DNA of 35,438 bases from Bipalium vagum (taxonomy: Eukaryota), in the NCBI GenBank assembly GCA_037834085.1, contig JBBMKC010205043.1, positions 1 through 35,438 of the forward strand, given 5' to 3'. The translations under genes were made by a program, and so were the position numbers. How positions within the stretch are numbered: the stretch's first letter is position 1; each line of letters starts with the position of its first letter. Below the pieces are notes generated by a model, which was not told where the DNA came from, did no database searches, and worked only from the letters and a program-made list of their open reading frames with translations. Positions 14,406 to 26,000 of this stretch are shown here, piece by piece.

Positions 14406-15288
14406 TTAAGGGTACCCGTAATTAATTTCGTTTTTATCAGATGCAAAATTAGTAAAATTTACTAGATTTACATACAATTAGTACTAATAATTAATTGCTT
14501 TTGTTATCTGATAAATCTATAAATCATTAATCCATTAATTTGCGGAATTTAACATTTTTAAAAAATTGAGAAACGGCAGATAATAAATGGTAAATTGAAA
14601 AAAGCCACAATAGACATTTTTGTTGTTCCAGTATAATTGTGGTTATATCACAAGAACACCAATTGTAAATATCAATTATATATATATTCTTTCGACATGT
14701 CATGATGGTTTAACAGATTTCAAAGAAGAGATTTTGTCCTTCAAAATATCTGGAGAAGTTCTAGTCCTGTTCAATTTGATGAAGATAAATTTTTGACTGT
14801 TGTGGAAGAAGATTCTACTCAAACAGTTGAGAAATTTTCACGATGAACTAATACCTAATTGGCACTAATTCAATGGCACTTGAAATTCATTGAGAAGTTT
14901 CTGCATTCCAGTAAATGAGTGCCTTATAATTTTAGTCATTCGAACAAATTTCTAAGGTCTTCGATTTGTTTCTCTACTTCTTCAAGGCGGGTGATAAATG
15001 AATTTTGAATGACAATACAATTATGAGAAAACAATGACCTTCTATTGGAGAACCACGCAGAAAAATTTGTTGGCCAAATATTTATGGATCAAAAAATCTC
15101 TTATTTGGTAAAACATTCATGGTGGGGTTAACTTTGAAATACCATTGCTCCGCAAATTTGATATGTAGGTTGGAAAAGACTATAGAACTTGATGGTGACT
15201 ATTTGTAGATTAAATGTTAGTGTTTTTTAAAATATAAACATTTTCACATATTTTGATAAAAAAATACATTAGTTATTGGTATCTCTAA
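14406..15288 (+). mobile_element. Degenerate, internally deleted mariner element
   Basis: Imperfect TIRs (TTAAGGGTACCCGTAATTAAT / TTAGAGATACCAATAACTAAT) flanked by TA. Frameshifted transposase remnants: WFNRFQRRDF, PVQFDEDKFLTVVEEDSTQT, K*VPYNF (WVPHEL equivalent). Confidence 0.7.
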
Positions 15289-15290
15289 TA

Positions 15291-16508
15291 TTAGGAGAAC
15301 CCATAAGTAATCAATTATTTAAGTGGCAAAACAACAAAAAAAATTTAAATACATTTATTTCTATTTTTAATTGATTATATAATTTCCATCGTTTTCTTGA
15401 ACCTTTTGCCATCTTGTTGGTACAGTTTCAATTCCCTGGCCATAAAATTCTGTATCCTATGAAGAGAAATATGATTCTAGGTGAGTTTGAACATCATCGG
15501 CATTTTTAAAGTTTTGATTCTTCAGGGAATGTTCCATGGACCGGAATAAATGAAAATCCGATGGCGCTATGTCTGGAGAATATAAGGGGATTTGATAAAA
15601 CTTCCCAGTCTAGCTGCTTTGTTTTTTCTTTGGTTAACTTTGGTGTATGAAACCTTGCATTACCATGTTGCAATATTACCCCTTTTCTGTAAACCAATCC
15701 TGGTCGTTTTACGAACAACTGGTTTTGTAATCTATCAAATTGTTGGCAATACAATTCAGCCGAAACTGTTTCTCCTGATTTCAATAGTTCAAAATGAATG
15801 GGATGCCACCACATCCCACCAAACTCACAATAATACCTTCTTTAGAGTGAGGGATGATTTCGGAACGGCTAGTTGATTTGGAGAAAGCCATTGTTTGGTG
15901 AGCTTGTTTTTGTTGTTGTACAAGACCAATTTCTCGACACCAGTAACAATCCTTCTTACAAACGGATCATTTCTTTGTCTGCACAAAAGAGATGTGCAAA
16001 AAATAGATGTGGAACCCATATGTAAACCTTTCTGATTTCTTTAAGATGTCTTTGAACTGTTGACCAAGTAGCTTGAAGAGTTTTTGTTATTTCCTGGATA
16101 CTCATTTTGGGATTCTTTTCCACCGGTGCTTTTAGAGCGTCTTTATCGAACGTCCAGTTCGAGCGCTATTAGACAAGCCAAAATCACCATTTGAAGATTT
16201 TCGAAACCAATGTTGGAACTTATTGACTTTTAATACGTCTCCGTACACATCTTCTTTGTTGCAACGGTTGCATTAACAACCGATCGAAAATGAAACAGTA
16301 TGCAATGACGTAAATGTTCATCACTTGGTTGATTCTCCGCCATTTTATATCAGAATAATAAAAACGTTTGAATTTATTTATAATCAATATTCAAGGTCAA
16401 TGATTGTAATTTAACGTAATAAAATACGTGTTTATATATTCAAGGTCTGAGCTAGAAATAAGCAAACACTGCATACTAAAATAATTGATTACTTATTGGT
16501 TAGGGTAT
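15291..16508 (-). mobile_element. Near full-length mariner element with pseudogenised transposase (about 16343-15370)
   Basis: TIR core ACC(C/A)ATAAGTAATCAATTATTT at both ends, flanked by TA. Transposase reads MAENQPSDEHLRHCILFHF..., RIVTGVEKLVLYNN, FELLKSGETVSAELYCQQFDRL, ILQHGNARFH, YSPDIAPSDFHLF, RWQKVQENDGNY, with several frameshifts and decayed catalytic Asp residues. Confidence 0.92.
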
Positions 16509-17083
16509 TAGTACTAGTACTAATTTTTTCTATTAATATTACATGTATTATTGAGATTATTAATTTATTTTTATTGTTATTATCATTATTGAGTTCGCAC
16601 AAACACGACAACTAAGGATTTTTAATTATGATAAATAATAATAATATAGGGTCTATAATAATAATAAAATTAATTAAAAAGAATAATTATTTGAAAATTA
16701 AAAAAATAACAATTTATCTCGTCGAGATATCAATTAATTATTAATAATAGATCTAAAATTAAAATATTGATTTTTTTCGCTGTCAAGATAATAATTAATA
16801 ATTGATAGAAAAATTATGTAGCAATTCTCGTCGTCGAGATAATTGTATCATAATTTAGGAATTTTTATGCTATTGGATGAAATAGCCTTCCAAAAGTAGC
16901 GATTGCCGATCGTCGGCCAATCTCTATTTCTATATAAGGATAGGATTTCCTTTAAAAAATTCGACGAAGTAAAAGATAGTTTTTTAACGATTATTAATCA
17001 CTTGAAAAATTTTTATTTGACAAATTAAAGATCATTAACTCGTTAGAAGACTTTAATCAGACTATTGCTAATTTCGTTGGAAG

Positions 17084-17402
17084 TTGATTTACTATCTGTC
17101 CGTTGATAACAAAAAACATTGTGTCTGCTTGGTGAACCATTGCTGTATATGGTTAAGCAGTCAAGGTACCAAAGAAAGTTCAGATTTTTTAAAATGTATG
17201 ATGTATAAAGTATTGTATAAAATAATTCTAGACGGTCATCTGATAACGTCGGGTATTTATTGTCAGCAAATAGATCGTGTTCACGAAATAAAGCAGGAAC
17301 GTTACTCACAATTACAACAGGATAATGCAAGGAAATACAGCTAAAAAGACAGTGATAAATAAACTTGGTGGATTTGAACTAATTCCTCATTCACGATACA
17401 GT
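17084..17402 (+). mobile_element. Mariner transposase catalytic-domain fragment
   Basis: GHLITSGIYCQQIDRVHE, LQQDNARKYS and FELIPHSRYS match the mariner YCQQLDRL, HDNARPH and LPHPPYSP motifs. No TIRs were recognised. Confidence 0.75.
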
Positions 17403-18442
17403 TGAGAACGAATTTTGTGATTTATTATTGAAAGAGTCAGATATAGTTACTAAATTAATATAATTATTGATAATAAATTATAATAATAATAATAATAAAA
17501 ATAAAAAATAATAAACATGAAAAAAATAATAAAAAATTATTATTAAATTATTACATTAAATTATACATTAAAGATAATTAAAGTTAATTGTTAATTAACG
17601 TTTTAATTTTGGTGTGGGGGATTAGACAGACTTCAATATTTCTAAATTTAATATCACAACTAGATAAAGGAAAGCCTGACATATTTCAGAGTATTTAGTA
17701 TCAGATAAAATGTTATCCATCACATTTTAGTTACAATTAATAAAACTATTTTTTATAGTCTTAAGTGTAACTTAACTATTAACTTTATTACCAGAGTAAT
17801 AAAGGACCTTTATTTGAATTTGTTATCCATTGACATCCATTACTATCATCGACATCCTACTTTAGCTTTCATAGTTACTTAACACAAAAATATTTCTCCG
17901 GTTATCAGAATTTGCAGACTCTATCATAATCTCAAACAATTGATTTTTATGGATAGTTTTGTATGGTACGACAAATAATGCTTCTATTGTCATAGATAAC
18001 AAATGATGATGAATTAACTTTTTATTTTTCAACTTAAATAAAATACTGATGACATATCTTTGCAGGTTTTTGAAACAGTTTCATTTGACTATGTGGAAAA
18101 TTGTTTTTATTTTTGTCAAGTTTTCCTTATTTTCTGAGGAAAATATATCTAGTTTCCCCTAATTTCCAGGTATTATAATATCATTTTATCCGTAGAAATA
18201 ATCTTCTTTAGCCTGGAATTTAATTTTATTATTTTTGATTTCGGTTTTAATTACATCCGCCTCATATTCAAAGGCTTTGATGCTGTCAGTTGATAGCGCC
18301 TACCCGGTCTTATCGACAATTAATAGAAGACATTAAGTTATGAATTTCTTTCAACAATCAACTTTTTATATTATTTCTTATCGAAAAAATGACAAAACTA
18401 TAAATGATTAATTGAATATAAGTTAATTACATTTTTTACAAT

Positions 18443-18800
18443 TAGGAAAATATGGATTTCTTTTTCCGAATAAAAAGAAAAATCGCAATGAATTTTTTTA
18501 TAAAAAACAATTTTTTTTATTAAAATAAAAAAATTATGTTGTTTCATATGTTCTGTCGTTTTTCATTAACGTATATAAATATGAAAAATATTACCATGTA
18601 TTAAAATCAATAAAGGCAATTCAAGTTTTAATTTTATATATTTATTTAATTATGCGAAGATATTCAAACAATTAGGATGGTGAATAATCAACCGGCAAGA
18701 GACCATGTTCAGAATTGCATTATTTATAAATTCTGTAAAAGAAAAAAGGCTACAGAAGCACCTTCCAGCATTAATTAGGTATATCCTGATTCGTGTTTTC
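18443..18800 (+). mobile_element. Mariner 5' fragment (transposase N-terminal HTH)
   Basis: ATG at 18677 gives MVNNQPARDHVQNCIIYKFCKRKKATEAPSSIN*VYPDS, which aligns with the N-terminus of the 15291-16508 transposase. A possible TTAGG terminus lies near 18443. Confidence 0.6.
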
Positions 18801-21800
18801 GGTGAGTATAATACTTATAATAATTATTTTATGGGTTACGGAAAACCTTTGCAAAAGACAGCTGTTAAAAGATATTAAGAAACAGATATAATATTATTAT
18901 GATATATGATTTTGAAACATCAGGGTTCAATTACTATATTGTAATTCTGAAGAAAATATTCAAGTGAATATATAGAACATACTAGTAACATTAAATTTAG
19001 AATTTAGAATTTAGACATTATGATTTTTGATTCAAATGATTTTAAAAACAATTTTATTTATTAATAAAAATTTTTGTATTTTAATATTTATTTTATTTTT
19101 GATTTTAATGTAGCGAGAATTCTTTCCCGAAACAGATTTATTAAAAAGAAATTAAAAAATTAAAATATTAATTAATTATTTTATTATTATTATTATTATT
19201 ACTCATATTTTAATGAGTCATACAAAAAAAATATAAAAATTTAGAAAAAATTAAAAATAGAATTTAAATAAAAAATAGTTATGATAAAATTATACATAGT
19301 AATAAATTAAAAATAAAATTTAAAAACAATAACAAAATGTTACTAAATATAAATTACATATAAAAAATTTAATATATAAATCCAATTCAATGGACAATTT
19401 ATGACATAGAAACGAACATAGAAATAGACAGAGACAGACACTCGCAGAAAGTATTAAGGACATCAATTACGATCACCCAGATATCACGAGGCAATCACGT
19501 CCTGAACATCATCGATTATAAATATAAAAGTAAGGACAACAAATTCCCATTCAGAATTAGGATTTATTTTTTATATGCCCATTAGTAAGTATTTTGTTAA
19601 CGCTATTATATTATCCATATTTATATTTTAATTAATTGTTTTTAAAAAATTGATAATTCTAACGAATTATACAAATATTATAATAATTAAATAAATTTAA
19701 CATTGATAATTCTAATTGGTAATTCTAACGAATTACACAGGTAGTAAAATAATAAATAAATAATATTTCAAACTTAAATCTTTCAGTTGGTAATTTTTAA
19801 TAAAATTACACAACTTTAGTAATTAATATTCTTATAAATAAGTGTTAGGGTTCAACCCTAAAATCAAATAATTGTTTTTATTTGCTTCTTCACTTCTGTC
19901 GCAGATCTTTTATTTTTCGTAGTTCACACACTAATTAGGGTGATGAACTACCTTTCTTTGAGGGCTTTTGAGACACTGATATTTTTATCAGTGCGAAAAG
20001 ATTTCTGTCCTTTAATTAAGCGTAAAACCGGGAAAAGATTTCTTGTAGAGGATTGTTTAAACGGAAATCACTCTTAACTTGTAAAAACCAAATTTTTTAG
20101 TGTCAATAAAGTTTTGAAAAAGTAATTAGTTTTCTCAGTCGATTAAAAATCATATTTACGACCACGCATAAAAGTCAACCTTCAACCCGTTAAGCTCTTA
20201 GTGTTAGCTCCAAATTTTAGAGACTTAGCAAATTGATTGAAGACAGAAATTTATGAAATTTTGTTTTTTCATCGGTTTATAAAAGATAAAGAACTAAAAG
20301 AAAGAGACTTTTACGAAAAAATTTTATCCTAATATACTTTACAAAGTAAATTTTTAAAAACTTTTCCAAATATTTTATTTTAAAAAATAGCAGACAAAAT
20401 TGATGATTATACTATAAAAGATAATGAAAATTCTGGAATAATTAAAAAAACTGCTCGTATTTATCCAAAATTAAATAAAATATTTTCAAATCCAATTATT
20501 CAGAAATATTAAGCATAGAAAATTGCAAACTTTATGAATGAAAAAAAATTGGAAGATTTATTAACAAGTTATAAAAATTTTAATTTAAATTTACTACAAT
20601 AGATTCTTATTTAAAAGTAGGGAGTGATATTATAATTGGAATTGTTAGAATTGGAACATCAGCTTTAAAAGGAGTTTCAATTTTAGGAATTGATTTACTA
20701 ATTTATAAAGGTTTAAGTTAAATTGAAAATGGTATATATTCCCATTAGTACTGCAGCTTTTACAGTTGTAGTTATTTCTAAAACAATTAGTAGAAAATAT
20801 ACATATAAAGGAAAAAACTTTACAAATGAATTTGTGAATGTATGGAACACTCAATTAATAAGCTTTATTTATTTTAAATTTTTTTTAAAAAAATAAAATA
20901 ATGAACAAATTGAACAGGATAAAAATGTAATTACAGGGTGTAAAGAAAATATTTTTTAAAAAATCAAGTAAAATTATCAAAAATGTCAATCAAGTTTAAA
21001 AGGAATTGAAACAAGAAATTTAAAAAGTATATAAAGATAGAAAATTCAAATGTGAAATATACATGTATATATATCAGATTTTCAAACTTTAAAAGATAGA
21101 TACACATGTAAAATGTAATTGATATTGACAAAAGAAATAACAATTAAAAAATTAATTTGAAAAAAAGAATTTGAAACTAATAAATAAAATTCATCTAAAT
21201 TTGATAAAATGGTATTTCTTCTTTCAAATTTATTTTTCTGGTTCAGAATAATATTTATGTTTATCTGCAGAAATATCTTTTTCATAATCACATTGTATTA
21301 CATTGTATGTAATATCTGATATTTAAATTTATTCTTTACTTCAAATATTTTCTAATATTTTAATTAATTAATTTTTAAATTGTGAATATTTGTGTCATTA
21401 GTTTCTTTAGTTAATTCAATTTTACTTTCTTTAAATTTGTTACTATTATACTTAAACGTAGTAACTTGTGCTCGCGTAATCGTGACCTCTCACTTTTTTA
21501 TAAATCGTTGTGTGCGTAACTCCTCTCATCCTTTTCGAATCAAAACACCGACCACAATATCGTATCCGCACTCTTAAGAACTGAATCAAAACTTTTCAAT
21601 AAAACTTTATTGATTTTAGGCACAATCACAATATCAATCACCAATAAAAGTTCCAAAAATATGTCCAATAAATAATAAACAAAATGAATATACTACTATT
21701 ATTATTATTATTATCATTATTATAAATTAAAAATTCTTATTATTATTATTATTATCACCTATTTCCATAATCATCATCATTAATTCCAAAACCCAACAAA

Positions 21801-22832
21801 TTTAACAATGTTATTATTAAATTAAGATCAACAGTTTTATATTTTGGCAGCTGCTTAAAGAATATGTATTATAATATTCTTCATTATGATTTTTAAATTT
21901 TAAATGACTTATTAATCCATTTTGGTTTGAAAATTTTGTATCACAGATTTCACAATTAAATTTTATTTTTTTGTCTCTATTTTATTGATTGTGTTTTTCA
22001 ATACTTATGGGTGTATAATATAAATAAGTGTATAAAAGTCATAATAAATAAATTGATTAATGGTTTTAAATATAAAGATATATAAAAATAAGAATATATA
22101 AAATTATCCTTATATACAAAAAATATAAGTTATAATATGAATTACCAAAATCATCATTGTAATTCCAATACTAAATACCGCTAATTAAAGTAGAATCAAA
22201 TTTTAACCAAGATTAAATTCATAAGTATATTTAATTATAATATTTTTTATGTAAATATTTATTCCAAAAGTTTTTTTAAATCCATAAAATATTCTGTCTT
22301 TATTTTTTCAATAAAAGGATTAAAATATTTATCTCAAAATTCCTTTAATTTATGTGATTTTTCCGTTAGATATGTTTGACGTAACGTTCGGAAATAACAT
22401 TTTAGCAAATGTTCTGTTTAATATTATGCCGCATGGTAAAATAATTATGAACAATGAAAAACATTACTTTACCATATAAATTTATAATAAAAATTAAATA
22501 ATTAATACCCTTGTTAAATACTAATGTTGTTTTTGTTGTGTCTGGATTTATACGGAACACCTTGCTTATATAATTCCATAATATAATCATGAACACAGTT
22601 TAAAACAATATGATGAAACTAATTTTTATGGTTTTCCTTTAATTTTCTTATAATATTTATTTCATTTATTAAAAATTGTTTATAAATATTAAAAAGATAA
22701 TTTTAACAACTTTAACTTTGCCTTTTAGTCTTTATTTAGTATATTCTGTAATATTTATTATAAATATTTGTTTAGTCGACCTATTTTCTTCCTAAATTAA
22801 GGTTGTAGCAACTATTAAATATTATAATAAAA

Positions 22833-23069
22833 ATGGCAAATAAGGATAAACAGTTACAAGATAAGTTACAAATAATAATAGCAGATCTATTGAAAGATGA
22901 TGACAACAAGTATTGTGTTGATTGTGATGCTAAAGGACCTCGGTGGGCTTCTTGGACCCTGGGAATATTTCTATGTATAAGATGTGCTGGAATTCACAGA
23001 AATCTCGGTGTACATATTTCACGAGTAAAATCTGTAAATCTTGATTCGTGGACACCGCAACAAGTGGCT
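22833..23069 (+). CDS. SMAP: SMAP ArfGAP exon 1
   Basis: MANKDKQ...[52 protein letters not shown], donor |gtagga, 46-nt intron. Confidence 0.95.
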
Positions 23070-26000
23070 GTAGGAGTTTTAGTAAAATTGTTGATTTACT
23101 TGTGTTTCATGTCAGATGCTGAAAGAAATTGGTAACAGTCGCGGAAGGGCAATATATGAGGCTAATCTTGAAGACAATTTTCGCCGTCCCCAAACCGAGT
23201 CTTCATTGGACGTCTTTATACGGGCCAAATATGAACACAGAAGATATATTGCAAAGGAATGGATTCCTCCTACTCCGAGTGTGGAACCTATAATTGAGGT
23301 GATAATGAATGTTATTTTATTGAAATATAAGAAGCTTTCAGGAAATACGGAAGTTAGATTTAAACCAAAACAAAAAACGTGTTACATGTACAGTTAACAG
23401 TGTAATAAACAGTTCAATAATTCCAATTTCTCGACGAGAGAAGCCCGTAAATGTCAAAACAATCGAGGTTGTTTTTTTAATTCTATTTTAAAACTGAAAT
23501 TTAGTCAGTTTGGGTTAAATAAATTAATGTGATGTATTTTGAATTGATGCCTAAGACACGTAATATTTCTTTCTTTTGTTCACTATCAAACATGATTTTT
23601 GATCATTCTTTACTGCACATAAACTGCTTTCTATTACAACCAGCGGTTACCTATCAGTGGCACTTAGTAAATCAACGATTTTTATCAACATTGCGCATCA
23701 ATAATTCCAGTATAATGAATATAATTAACCAAATTTAACGTGATAATGGCGAAAGGTCAGTTTAAATATGTTGATTATACATAATTAACATTCTTGGTTC
23801 TATATTTCCTTCATATACAGAATTATGCAAGATTTCTCAAAAAATATTAATAATAAAAAGGTTTAAATATTTTAAAAATCTATAAATTCAATAAATCTGT
23901 CAGTATGTCATCTTTCTCGAAAAGCGATTCTGATTGGGGAACATTGACGATATTGATCGCCGGTTGTCGTTCGTTGGCTTGCGAGCTTTCATTGTAGACA
24001 CTGTAGACGAGTTTTGATTTCTTTTTAATTTTGTGTTCATAAGCTAATTTCAGAGCCAGATCGATCATTGGGGAGATTGTTTCAAGACTGAGAGCTGAAG
24101 CGTTGTCAATTATCAATATATATTTATTGAATTTAAAGGTTTACCGAAAATGATAATCTTTCCGTTTCTTGTGAATTTTATCAATGATTTGTATTGATTA
24201 TCTTTATTTAAACCCTTAGCAGTGCGGTCCATGTAATAGTAGCAGAAATGATCGCTTTCTAAATCATAACTAATTGTAATAGTAAAACCTGTTTTTCCTT
24301 TGATGAAATTCACAAAAAATTCATGACAAAAAAAACTCACATGCAATGCATCGGATTTGCGTCTGTCAACGCCTGCAAATCGATTCTGTACGGTACTTGG
24401 CCCTTTGTGAAGATATTAAATACTTTATAACCACGCAATTTGACTGCAAAGCCCAATTTCTGTATTCGTCGAGCGATTATCCGCGATCCCCGTTTGGCGC
24501 CTGCTAAGCTTTTGGCACCTAAAATTACCATTTTTCCTGATGGGTATATTTTCACCTTTTCCAGCTTTGGAGATCTCAGTTTGGTTTCTAATATTTCCTG
24601 CACACGAGTAAAATCCGTCGACATATATCAATGGGAAAATGACGTTACAATAGATTTACCATGTTATGTTGAATGAATTCCACATCGTGACCTCGCAGAC
24701 TGATGTCCATCAAGGGCAACCTTGTGCTCAATTTCATCGAAGCTGATACATTTGTGATTTTGAAGCTAATCAAGGCTTTGTTTTGCGTTCCCTTCATGTG
24801 CTCTCCGTCCATTTTACTCATTTCGACAATGCTTGAAATATTTTTAAATAGTTAACAAAAGTTTCAAATAAAACCAGTATTATTTTAAACAAATTTTTTT
24901 AAAGAATAAATATTTTATCGAATGTTACAGTTTTAGTTTTATTGATATTTTTTCTGTAAAAATATTTTTAAATTCAGTTTCTTAAAGTATTTATTGAAAT
25001 ACAAAAATTTAATAATTTATAAATACAATATAGGGGATTTAATTTTTTGTAAATTGATATTTTCGATTATACTGATTTAATAAAATCCTATAAAATTTTT
25101 AAAATGATAATTCGATTGTAGGCTCCAAGATCATAATTCATATATGGTTTTAATTTCATACAGTATTTCAAATATTAAAATAGAAGTAAATCAGTTTAAT
25201 TATTAGGTTATTTTATTAATTCTTATTAGCATATCAAATTTTGTTTCAGGTTGCTTATAGTTAAAATTATGGAAAATAACGAAACGCTTTAAATGCTTTT
25301 CTAGTAACTTAAAGGTTTCCTTTTTCAAAGATCACCAAAATTTGTAAGTTAAAAATTTAATAAAAACTTTGTAAGTTAATCTAAAAATTATCTGACCTGA
25401 CAAATTCAATTCGATGATTAAGAAAGAAATGTATATAAGAGAGTTGAGACAAACCTCGATATATCCTCACCATAAATATGTCATCATATGTGTTGATTTT
25501 TTCTCATTATAAAGAATGAAATCCGTGCAAAATTCCTTGTTACGATTTCAACATATATTAGTACGTTTTCCCTTGAATTTCCTTCGCATACCCAATCATC
25601 CAATATTGTTCTATTAAAATACTTCCACGATTTTATATCAGCTTCATCAGCATCAACGATTGAATTATTTCTGAGTTTATCAAATAGTTCCTTGAAATCG
25701 ATGTTTTCAAATATACAATATAAATTTTCGTTTAAAAAAAAATGATAATTCATTATCTTCAAATTATCGGCAGTCTGATTCATCTAAGACCCCATTGAAT
25801 AATTGTAGATGATTTAAAGGCATTTAGAAATAGGCAACTTTGAATTTTCAAAAATTGAAATGAATCGACAAAAGGCTTTTTTAGTGTGTTTTAAATCTTT
25901 TATTTTCTATGCACATTACAGTTTTAAAAATTTGGTATATTGTTGAAACAATAATTAATTGTAAATTTATAGCTTTCCTTAAAGATTCATCATTGGATAT

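Noticed and set aside
15592-15876. Plus-strand ORF; likewise 17043..17330, 26133..26318 and 29883..30086
   Set aside because: Antisense shadows of mariner transposase remnants.
8070-18080. Several CTGTTTCA motifs (nematode piRNA Ruby motif)
   Set aside because: Only about five were seen, some inside an exon, a transposon or a splice-acceptor-like site. There is no clustering, and the taxon is unknown.
24425-24676. Alternative-frame and antisense ORFs over the TBP-like gene; likewise 27576..27887 over SMAP exon 4
   Set aside because: Shadows of real exons with no independent support.
23880-24821. Calling this gene canonical TBP
   Set aside because: It lacks the near-invariant TBP signatures (LQNIVST, YNPKRF, YEPELFPGL) and its features lean to TRF2/TLF. 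No symbol is assigned because orthology is untested.
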